64,000 bases of DNA, taken from Phycisphaeraceae bacterium (GTDB taxonomy: Bacteria > Planctomycetota > Phycisphaerae > Phycisphaerales > Phycisphaeraceae). The DNA is taken from assembly GCA_963674705.1 (NCBI GenBank), contig OY771506.1, forward strand, positions 2,880,001 to 2,944,000, written 5' to 3'. Positions 56,406 through 64,000 of the stretch are shown one piece after another. Below the pieces are notes generated by a model. The model was given only the letters and a program-made list of their open reading frames with translations. It did not search any database and had not been told where the DNA came from. Positions within the stretch are counted from its first letter, which is position 1. Every line of letters begins with the position of its first letter. The position numbers and the translations under genes are program-made.

Positions 56406-58193
56406 ATGGCCGCATCCGTGGAACATCCGACAACTGTGGCCCTGCCCCGGACCGGGATCCGGTCTGTTTCGGTCCACCTGATACTCACGGCGATCAGCAT
56501 GTTGTTGCTGATGTTTTCCTTTGCGCCGTGGGGGTGGTGGTGGCTGGCGTACTTTGCACTGGTTCCGGCGGGGATGCTGGCGGCGCGGGCGTCGAGCGCC
56601 AAGCGGCTGCTTTGGACGAGTTTCGCGGTGTTCTGGGTGGGCTGGCTGGTGATGATCCAGTGGATCATCCCGATCTCGTACTTCGCGTATGCCGCGTTAT
56701 CCGCGTTGATGGCGTTTTACTGGGCGCTTGCGCTGGTGCTGACGCATCAACTGCATCATCGGTATCGCTGCGCGATGGTGGTGCTGTTGCCGATGGCGTG
56801 GGTGGCAAGCGAATGGGTGCGGGGGCGGTTCCTGGCGGGGGGGTTCAGTTGGTTCATGCTCGGGCATTCGCAGGCGGATTACGAGATAGGCCAGCCGGCG
56901 GGGCGGTTGATCCAGTTTGCGGATGTATTTGGTGTATTGGGTGTGAGCCTGGTGGTGGCGATGACAAGCGGGCTGGTGATTGATCTTTTGACCCGGCCGA
57001 TCATGAAGCCGACCGGCAAGGGCAAGCACAAGATGCATCCGACGGCGCGCGGATCGATCGTGCTTTGGCTGATCGTCACGGTCGGCGCTCATTTTTATGG
57101 CGAATACCGCATCGGGCAGTGGTCTGTTACATCCAGCCCCGGGCCCCGCATCGCGGTGATCCAGACGAATGTCCCACAGGACAACAAGATTTTCCGCACA
57201 CCCGAGCAGGACCTGCAGGACTGGCGCGATCTGGTGGCATTGACGCGTGAAGCGGCCGCCACCGAGCCGACGCCCGACATCATTGTCTGGCCCGAGACGA
57301 TGGTGCCCACGGCCATCAATCCCAAGGCGGTTGAATACTTCATTAAGAATGACACCGGCGGGGATGTCTATCACGAATCGATCCGACAGTTGGCGCTTCA
57401 GACGGGGTGCAACCTGCTGGTCGGGGCGGCCGCGTATGAGGGATTTGTCAGCGAAACACTGGATAACGGCGAGGTCGTTGACATTCCGTTGCCGAGATAC
57501 AACTCGGCGTATCACTACTACAGCGACGGCGAACAGGCGCCTTTGCGCTATGACAAAACACACCGCGTGCCGTTCGGAGAATACATCCCGTGGGTGGGCG
57601 CGGTGCCGCCGTTGAAGTCGCTGTTCATCAAGCTGTTTACGCCTTACACGCAGGATTATTCGTTAGGTCAGGGCGAGGCGCGGACGGTGTTTGAACTGCC
57701 GGTGATGGTTAATGCGGAATCGGAAGATGAGGCAGGCAAAGCGCCGCCGACGGTCGTGCGCGTGGTCACGCCGATCTGTTACGAGGATGCGGTCGCGCGG
57801 GATGTGCGCCGTCTGGTGTATGAATCGGACGGCAGCAAACGTGCGGACCTGATAGTGAACCTGACCAATAGTGCGTGGTATTCCGGGCACAGCCAGCAGC
57901 CGCAGCACCTGCAGATCGCGACGATCCGCTGCATCGAGAACCGCGTGCCGATGGCGCGGAGCGTGAACGGCGGGATAAGTGGGTTCATTGATTCACTGGG
58001 GCGGGTGAGTAAGCAGGTGGAGGTGGGGGGCCAGCGGCAGTGGGTGTCGGGCTTTGCGGTGGATGCGCCGCGGCTGGATGACCGAAGTACCGTGTATGGC
58101 CGATTAGGGGACGTGCCGGCGGGCTGCCTGGCACTGGTGGCGGGTCTTCTGTTTATCTGGGGTAAGATTGTGCCTCGGAAACACAGGGATTGA
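56406..58193 (+). CDS. lnt: Apolipoprotein N-acyltransferase
   Basis: Multi-TM N-terminus, GFSWFMLGHSQ, IQTN, VWPET, YDKTHRVPFGEYIP, ICYED and RCIENR..ARSVNGG. Confidence 0.96.
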   Translation: MAASVEHPTTVALPRTGIRSVSVHLILTAISMLLLMFSFAPWGWWWLAYFALVPAGMLAARASSAKRLLWTSFAVFWVGWLVMIQWIIPISYFAYAALSALMAFYWALALVLTHQLHHRYRCAMVVLLPMAWVASEWVRGRFLAGGFSWFMLGHSQADYEIGQPAGRLIQFADVFGVLGVSLVVAMTSGLVIDLLTRPIMKPTGKGKHKMHPTARGSIVLWLIVTVGAHFYGEYRIGQWSVTSSPGPRIAVIQTNVPQDNKIFRTPEQDLQDWRDLVALTREAAATEPTPDIIVWPETMVPTAINPKAVEYFIKNDTGGDVYHESIRQLALQTGCNLLVGAAAYEGFVSETLDNGEVVDIPLPRYNSAYHYYSDGEQAPLRYDKTHRVPFGEYIPWVGAVPPLKSLFIKLFTPYTQDYSLGQGEARTVFELPVMVNAESEDEAGKAPPTVVRVVTPICYEDAVARDVRRLVYESDGSKRADLIVNLTNSAWYSGHSQQPQHLQIATIRCIENRVPMARSVNGGISGFIDSLGRVSKQVEVGGQRQWVSGFAVDAPRLDDRSTVYGRLGDVPAGCLALVAGLLFIWGKIVPRKHRD

Positions 58194-58280
58194 CCCAACC
58201 CGGGGCGTGTTGTCAACGTATTGCAGGCAACGTTACATAGATTTGAAAAACCCAGCGACTCAGCAAGGAGCGATGGACTG

Positions 58281-59429
58281 ATGCGAAACGACGACTCCCG
58301 AACAAACAAGCAACTTCTGTTACGAACGGTTCTGGCGGTACTGGTCAGTGTCTGTTGTGTATTGAGCGTATCCCGCGCCGCAGAGCATGAATCGGCTGAG
58401 TCGATCCCCACGCTAGTGGAGTTGAAGGCTGAAGCGATCCGGCAGGTGCAGATCGCGGCGCGTGACGAAGACCCGTTCCTGCGTGCCAACGCAATCGAAG
58501 CGATGCAGAGTGTGCCTGACCGTGCGTTGCCTGTGGCGCAGCTTGGTATTGATGATGAACACCCGGCGGTGCGGTTCACGGCGCTGGTAACGATCGGCAA
58601 GATGCGGTTGCGTGAGCTTGGACCGGCGTCGCTTCGGCTCCTGAATGATCCGGACCCGTCGGTGCGTGCCGCGGCGATGTTCGCGGCGCGGCGCTGCGGC
58701 GAAGAGGCGGACATCAGCGAGATGGCGGAAATGCTCGCTTCGCCGAACCCGTCTGTGCGTGGCAACGTGGTGATGCTGCTTGGGATGATGGGGGACCCCA
58801 GCGCGCTGCCGATGATCGAGGCGCAGGCGAAGGTGCCGATGTCGGATCAGCGGGTGAACAAAGTTCGTCGGGCGCTGGTGCACGTGCAGTTTGCCGAGGC
58901 CCAAGCCATGCTGGGGGACCCGGAGGCGATCAGCCCGCTGCGTGCGGCGATGTATTCGGAGTTCGGCGAGGTGCGTGTGATGGCGGTAACGATGCTGGGT
59001 CGGCTTCGGGACGTGTCGGTGGAGGGCGGTTTGATGGCGATGGTGGAGCGGTCGAACCAGCCGATCGAGCTGAAGCTGGCGGCGGCGGAGGCGGTATCGC
59101 ACTTCGGCGGCCGGGCGACGATCAAGCTGCTTCTGGAGAAGTCGGGCTTCGTGATGGAGTGCTGCCGGTCTGAAAACCCGGTTTTACGCAGCCAGGCGGT
59201 GATAACGCTGGGCTCGCTGGACAGTGCCCGGCGGCGGGTCTACCAGGAATTGCTGCCCTCAGACCCGCCGACGGTCTGGCGGCTGTTTGAAAATCGGGCG
59301 ATGGTGGGCGAGATGGCCCGGCTGCTGGAGGACCCGCATCCGCAGGTGCGTCTGTCGGCTGCAGCGGCGATTTTACGGGACCTTCAGGCCAACCCGCAGG
59401 CCCCAGCCCGGGCGGTGGCGGCCGAGTAG
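58281..59429 (+). CDS. Exported HEAT-repeat protein
   Basis: Signal-like N-terminus and repeats DEDPFLRANAIEA, DDEHPAVRFTA, DPDPSVRAAA and DPHPQVRLSAAAA. Confidence 0.85.
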   Translation: MRNDDSRTNKQLLLRTVLAVLVSVCCVLSVSRAAEHESAESIPTLVELKAEAIRQVQIAARDEDPFLRANAIEAMQSVPDRALPVAQLGIDDEHPAVRFTALVTIGKMRLRELGPASLRLLNDPDPSVRAAAMFAARRCGEEADISEMAEMLASPNPSVRGNVVMLLGMMGDPSALPMIEAQAKVPMSDQRVNKVRRALVHVQFAEAQAMLGDPEAISPLRAAMYSEFGEVRVMAVTMLGRLRDVSVEGGLMAMVERSNQPIELKLAAAEAVSHFGGRATIKLLLEKSGFVMECCRSENPVLRSQAVITLGSLDSARRRVYQELLPSDPPTVWRLFENRAMVGEMARLLEDPHPQVRLSAAAAILRDLQANPQAPARAVAAE

Positions 59430-59437
59430 CCGCAAGG

Positions 59438-59467
59438 TTGACAAGCCCAGTCCCATCAGTAGATAAT
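59438..59467 (+). promoter_or_regulatory. Sigma70-like promoter
   Basis: TTGACA-N18-GATAAT upstream of 59550. Confidence 0.55.
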
Positions 59468-59549
59468 GACGTTCCGAGTGAGGCGTCCTGCACACCTCAT
59501 TCCCGTGCCTAATGTGTGTTCCCAATTCTCGCTTTGAGAGGATGTACCC

Positions 59550-60422
59550 TTGAGTCCGCTGACCAAAGCCTTCGTCGTGCTGGTAACCGTCCTGTCTGTT
59601 CTTTTGGTTGCACTGGTGGTGCCTTTTGTCGCTAAGACGGAAAACTCCTCCGCTACCATCAAACAGCTTCAAACCGACCTGAATGTGGCAAAGGGCCAAG
59701 CCTCCGCACTCCAGGCCGAGATTGATGCAGTCCGCCAAGGCATCTCCGAGGAATCGGCGTTGCTCAATCAGCGGGTGGTTACGATGACCAAGGAAATGAG
59801 CGACCTGCGGACCCAGGCCGCCGAAGCCAAGGCTGAGGTACTTACCGCTAAGCGTGAGAACGAAACGCTCCAGGCCGAGCTTTCCCGCTTCTCCGCAGCG
59901 GCGGAACAGGGTTCGAACCTGCTGACGATCACCACCAGCGACCTGAAGCAGACGCGTCAGAACCTGGTCGATTCCCAGACAAAGCTCGTGCAACTGGGCG
60001 ACCGCAACAACGAACTGGAAAGCCAGCGTGACAGCCTGACCCGTCAGGTGCGTCGTCTGGGTGAGAAGATGGTCAGCCTTGAGCAGGACAACGTCGAACT
60101 GCGTGGCCTGCTGGCGAAGGTGCCCGAACAGTACCGTCAGGAAGTCAGCGCTGATGCACAGACTCAGCCGTTTGAGCCGGATGTCGCGATTGCTGGCAAG
60201 ATCACCGATGTGCAGTCCGCTGCCGGCACGACGCTGGTGCAGGTGGATGTCGGTTCCAAGGACCGTGTTGAACCCAACATGAAGTTCCTGGTTCACCGTA
60301 ATGATCAGTATGTCGGCACGTTCGTGGTTGACCGCGTTGAGACCGCTGTTGCGGCAGGCCGTATCACCCTGTCCAGCGGTGCCGTGCAGGTTGGCGACCA
60401 GATCTACGCCGGGCCTTATTGA
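59550..60422 (+). CDS. Membrane-anchored coiled-coil protein with a C-terminal beta domain
   Basis: N-terminal TM, about 170 aa of heptad-rich sequence, then GKITDV...VDVGSKDRV...VQVGD. Confidence 0.8.
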   Translation: MSPLTKAFVVLVTVLSVLLVALVVPFVAKTENSSATIKQLQTDLNVAKGQASALQAEIDAVRQGISEESALLNQRVVTMTKEMSDLRTQAAEAKAEVLTAKRENETLQAELSRFSAAAEQGSNLLTITTSDLKQTRQNLVDSQTKLVQLGDRNNELESQRDSLTRQVRRLGEKMVSLEQDNVELRGLLAKVPEQYRQEVSADAQTQPFEPDVAIAGKITDVQSAAGTTLVQVDVGSKDRVEPNMKFLVHRNDQYVGTFVVDRVETAVAAGRITLSSGAVQVGDQIYAGPY

Positions 60423-60509
60423 TCGAACACACGCGGGTCGAAAATCGGCCCATGCCCCTGTTAATCCTTGCCGTGACGAAGCGGTTGAAGTTTACGGAGT
60501 GAATCCACG

Positions 60510-60659
60510 ATGGCAGAATCCTCCTCAAGTGGAAGCGGCGAAAGTATCTACACCGTGTTGGTGTTTGTCACGCTCCTGGCGCTGCTGGCAGGCGTTGGTT
60601 ACGTCTGGTACCGGGGCAGTCAGGTATTCGGCGAAGCCATGTGGTTCCTGCCCAAGTAA
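60510..60659 (+). CDS. 49-aa single-TM small protein (not in ORF track)
   Basis: GGAG precedes the ATG; MAESSSSGSGESIYTVLVFVTLLALLAGVGYVWYRGSQVFGEAMWFLPK*. Confidence 0.7.
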   Translation: MAESSSSGSGESIYTVLVFVTLLALLAGVGYVWYRGSQVFGEAMWFLPK

Positions 60660-60861
60660 TTATCTTTGGACGGCGACCGGACGATCGGCACGGATATTCC
60701 GATAAAACTGATACCTTTCGACCCGGATTTCCGATGTAATCACAAGAGAAGTGGGCGTTTAGCCCAATTCGGCCACCGCCGCACAAACCGGCGGCGATTG
60801 GTACAATTATGCCCGGACCGGATTAGACACCGTTACGTCGGGCCGACAGGGGTCGCTTCGT

Positions 60862-61914
60862 TTGAATCTTGACAGCCTATTAAGCTGGTTTTCCGTCGAT
60901 ATGGGGATCGATCTGGGCACATGCAACACCTTGGTGTGCGTGCGCGGCGAGGGGATCGTGCTGAACGAGCCCAGCGTGGTGGCAGTCCGCAAGGGGACGA
61001 ACCAGGTTCTGCAAAACGGTAACGCTGTCGGCTGGGTCGCCAAGGAAATGCTCGGTAAGACGCCCGGCAGCATCACCGCGATCCGCCCGCTCAAGGACGG
61101 CGTCATCAGCGACTTCCAGATCACCGAAGCCATGCTCGGGTACTTCATCCGCAAGGTCAACGGTAAACGTCCGTTCGTGAAGCCGCGCGTCGTCATCGCT
61201 GTGCCTTCGGGCATCACAGCGGTCGAGAAGCGGGCCGTGCTGGATTCTGCCGAGCGTGCCGGGGCACGACGGGTGTATCTCGTTGAAGAGCCCATGGCGG
61301 CGGGTATCGGGGCGAACCTGCCGATCGTCGAAGCGACGGCGAGCATGATCGTGGACATCGGCGGCGGTACGACCGAGGTCGCCATCATGTCGTTAGCGGA
61401 CATCGCGCAGTGCGAATCGGTGCGTGTTGCCGGTGACGACATGGATGAAGCGATCATCAACCATATGAAAAAAGCGTACAACCTCATGATCGGCGAGCAG
61501 ACCGCCGAGCGGATCAAGATCGAGATCGGCTCAGCCGCGTCTGATGGTGACGACCGGTCGATGGAAGTGCGAGGCCGGGACATGATCTCGGGCCTGCCCC
61601 GCAAGACCGTTATCACGAGCGAAGAAATCCGTGAGGCATTGCAGGAACCGCTCAGCGCGATCATCGAGACGGTGACGCGGACGCTGGAGCGGACGGAGCC
61701 GGAACTCGCCGCCGACCTGGTGGACAACGGCGTCGTGTTGGCCGGCGGTGGCTCGCTGCTAAGGGGGATCGATACCGTCATCAGCAACGCGACCGGGCTG
61801 GATTGCCGCGTCGCCGACGACCCGCTGACCTGCGTCGCCCGCGGGACTGCGATCTACCTCGAACACCTCGAGGAATGGAAGCAGACCATGGAAAGCGACA
61901 TGGATGAGGCATAG
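60862..61914 (+). CDS. mreB: Rod shape-determining protein MreB
   Basis: GIDLGT, EPSVVA, RPLKDGVI, EEPMAA, DIGGGTTE and AERIKIEIG. Confidence 0.97.
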   Translation: MNLDSLLSWFSVDMGIDLGTCNTLVCVRGEGIVLNEPSVVAVRKGTNQVLQNGNAVGWVAKEMLGKTPGSITAIRPLKDGVISDFQITEAMLGYFIRKVNGKRPFVKPRVVIAVPSGITAVEKRAVLDSAERAGARRVYLVEEPMAAGIGANLPIVEATASMIVDIGGGTTEVAIMSLADIAQCESVRVAGDDMDEAIINHMKKAYNLMIGEQTAERIKIEIGSAASDGDDRSMEVRGRDMISGLPRKTVITSEEIREALQEPLSAIIETVTRTLERTEPELAADLVDNGVVLAGGGSLLRGIDTVISNATGLDCRVADDPLTCVARGTAIYLEHLEEWKQTMESDMDEA

Positions 61915-61974
61915 CATGTCCGTCCGCTTGTCAGACCCCAACACGCGAAGACCAACAACCGAGGCGATGTGGGT

Positions 61975-62820
61975 ATGAACAGGCCGCCGATTAATGCCAA
62001 GCGCGTGCTCATCTTTGTGACGGTGGCGTTGGTGATTTCCAGCCAGCTGCCGGTGCGGGCTGCGACGTGGATTTCATATCTGCCACATTCATTTGTCTCA
62101 CTGATATCCCAGCCCGCGGTCCTGCTGACGCGCGCATCGACGACGCTACGGCCGCCGCGTGATGATACGGACGAGGTCATCGATGATAAGGACCTGAAGC
62201 ACAAGTACGCCGAGGCGCTCGCCTACATCGACAACCTCGAACAGCAGATCATCGAGCTGCGCAACCTCAGCGAGAGCTTAACTAAAATCGATCAGTTATT
62301 ACAGCTTGAAGATATCCAGATGGCCGGGGCGAGCGTGATCGGGTTCAACGGCGATAAGGAAAATCCCATCCTCACGATCAACATCGGCTCGGATGATGAG
62401 GTGCGTGACGGATTGGCGGTTGTCTGGGGCGCGAACCTGGTGGGGGAGGTGGTCAGTACCTCGGCAAAGACGTCTGATGTAAAACTGATCACCGCGGCGG
62501 ATACGGGCTTCCAGGTTCGTTTTGCCGGGCATTCACCCGATGGCTCAATCAACGCACTAACCGGTTATCTGGAAGTCGGCAAGGACGGCCGGTCGTTCTA
62601 CACCGAAGCGTTTTCCGTAGACGATCCGGTGAACGTGGGCGACCTGGTTTTCCTGGCCGATGATACCTGGCAGTCGCGTGCCAAGGGTTTTATCGTCGGT
62701 GCGGTGGAAGTGGCGGAGCCGCACCCGGACAGGCCTTACTTGAACAAACTGGTCGTGGTGCGACCGATGCTGGATTTAGCACACCTGCCGCGCGTGGTGG
62801 TGTTGGTGCCGAGGGACTGA
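61975..62820 (+). CDS. mreC: Rod shape-determining protein MreC
   Basis: TM, coiled coil, LTINIGSDD.V, LVGEV and VNVGDLV; follows mreB. Confidence 0.85.
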   Translation: MNRPPINAKRVLIFVTVALVISSQLPVRAATWISYLPHSFVSLISQPAVLLTRASTTLRPPRDDTDEVIDDKDLKHKYAEALAYIDNLEQQIIELRNLSESLTKIDQLLQLEDIQMAGASVIGFNGDKENPILTINIGSDDEVRDGLAVVWGANLVGEVVSTSAKTSDVKLITAADTGFQVRFAGHSPDGSINALTGYLEVGKDGRSFYTEAFSVDDPVNVGDLVFLADDTWQSRAKGFIVGAVEVAEPHPDRPYLNKLVVVRPMLDLAHLPRVVVLVPRD

Positions 62821-63372
62821 ATGAACTGGCTGTTGTTTGCCATCCTGACGTATATCTTCCTGCTGATGCAGGTCGGCCTGAAGCCGCTGTTGGGGATACC
62901 CAACGCGCAGGGGGTGTCGCCGGACTTTCTGCTGATCTTCGCGGTGTTCATCGGGATCCACGCACACAGCCGGTCGGTGGCATGGGCGATGCTGACGATC
63001 GGGCTCATTGCGAACCTGCTGCCCGGGCCGATCGCGGAAGGGCCGATCCTTGGGCCGGAAGCATTAGGTTACCTGATGGGCGCGTTTGCGGTGCTGCAAT
63101 TCAGAACACTGGTGTTTAGAGAATCAGTTGTCTCGCTGGTGATCATGGTGGTGGTCGTCGGGATTTTCATCCAACTGGTGACGATCCTGCTGTACACCGG
63201 GCGGGGGATGCCGCTATTTCTCGGTACGCCCGTGCCCAACTGGGACGTGTGGGACGAGATGTTCTACCGCTTCCTGATGCTGCTGTATTCGGCTGTGATG
63301 GCGATCCCGGTCGGGTTGGTGTTGTTGAAGCTGTCACCCGCATTGATCTCGCCACCGAGTCAGCGGGGGTAG
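62821..63372 (+). CDS. mreD: Rod shape-determining protein MreD
   Basis: Hydrophobic 5-TM protein with PDFLLI and LGPEAL; follows mreC. Confidence 0.8.
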   Translation: MNWLLFAILTYIFLLMQVGLKPLLGIPNAQGVSPDFLLIFAVFIGIHAHSRSVAWAMLTIGLIANLLPGPIAEGPILGPEALGYLMGAFAVLQFRTLVFRESVVSLVIMVVVVGIFIQLVTILLYTGRGMPLFLGTPVPNWDVWDEMFYRFLMLLYSAVMAIPVGLVLLKLSPALISPPSQRG

Positions 63373-63392
63373 GGGCTGGGGTGTAGCGATGC

Positions 63393-63502
63393 AATCGCTA
63401 ATCTCTGATCGTTAATCGCTAATGCCTCCCAACGCCGGTCCTGAGCGAAGCGAAGGGGCAGGTGTCTTTATGTTCAATGTTCGATGTGGAATGTTCAATC
63501 TG
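63393..63502 (+). repeat. AATCGCT array + dispersed hairpin element copy 4 + TC(A/G)ATGT array
   Basis: aatcgct aatctct gatcgtt aatcgct aatgcct CCCAACGCCGGTCCTGAGCGAAGCGAAGGGGCAGGTGTCTT tatgt tcaatgt tcgatgt ggaatgt tcaatct. Confidence 0.85.
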
Positions 63503-63539
63503 TGCGGATTATCGATTGAATACATCGACTTCGAGCGTT

Positions 63540-63671
63540 TCACCCTGTCAGAATGATTATCAATCCACCGATGACGGCGGCGCTGATCAGGCCGATGATC
63601 GCCCAGACGACAAACTGGAAGAAGCGTCCCCTTTTGGGTGTCCATGTTGTCGGGGTTTCGTCCTCAGCCAT
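63540..63671 (-). CDS. 43-aa single-TM small protein (not in ORF track)
   Basis: ATG overlaps the galE stop (TGATG); MAEDETPTTWTPKRGRFFQFVVWAIIGLISAAVIGGLIIILTG*. Confidence 0.6.
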   Translation of the reverse strand: MAEDETPTTWTPKRGRFFQFVVWAIIGLISAAVIGGLIIILTG

Positions 63672-64000
63672 CACTTGTCACCGTAGCCATCCGGGTGGTT
63701 CTTGAACCAGCTCCAGGCGGATTCAATCGCCTGGCGGATGTCGGTTTGCTTCGCGCTCCAGCCCAGTTCGTTCTTGATCTTGTCGGCGTTGGCGTAGAGC
63801 ATCGGCGGGTCGCCGGCTCGACGCGGACCTGTCTCAACGGGGATGTCGCAGCCGGTCACCTCACGTGCCGAGTCGATCAGTTGCTTGACGCTCGTGCCCT
63901 GTCCGATGCCGAGGTTGTAGAAGCGTTGGTCGCCGCCCTTCAGTGCATCCATCACCACGGCGTGGGCATCGACCAGGTCTTCAACATGGATATAGTCACG
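63671..64000 (-). CDS. galE: UDP-glucose 4-epimerase (3' part only)
   Basis: RDYIHVEDLVDAH, YNLGIGQGTSV, PRRAGDPPMLYANA..I..ELGW and SAWSWFKNHPDGY. Confidence 0.9.
   Translation of the reverse strand, partial: RDYIHVEDLVDAHAVVMDALKGGDQRFYNLGIGQGTSVKQLIDSAREVTGCDIPVETGPRRAGDPPMLYANADKIKNELGWSAKQTDIRQAIESAWSWFKNHPDGYGDK

Noticed and set aside
11215..63502. CRISPR array
   Set aside because: The repeats are short tandem heptamers or widely dispersed elements with no unique regular spacers, and there are no cas genes.

Overview
A chromosomal window that probably comes from a marine Planctomycetota (Phycisphaerae-like) bacterium; this is inferred from gene content and the PEP-CTERM proteins, not from a database search. 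From left to right it holds: a TPR protein, dapB, a deoxyhypusine-synthase-family enzyme, a frameshifted CZB chemoreceptor, prfB with an atypical CTT-TAA programmed frameshift, two AT-richer PEP-CTERM genes and a methyltransferase. Next is a ~31-kb flagellar region: MerR, TPR, FlgN-like, a sigma54 two-component pair, flgBC-fliEFGHIJ-x-fliK-flgD-x-flgE-flbD-motAB-fliL-fliN-fliOPQR-flhB-[four-helix-bundle gene]-flhA-flhF-flhG-x-fliA. After that come argS, three tandem membrane-protein paralogs, a processive GT2, a TolB-like/lipoprotein/xerC cluster, lnt, HEAT and coiled-coil genes, mreBCD and part of galE. The most striking structure is a four-helix-bundle (PF05635/TIGR02436-type) gene wedged between flhB and flhA. 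It is bracketed by inverted 7-bp tandem arrays that can form a ~32-bp stem covering the flhA start codon. More than a dozen further 7-bp-period arrays sit at gene junctions across the window, including an apparently empty inverted pair, and four copies of a ~40-bp hairpin element lie next to such arrays.
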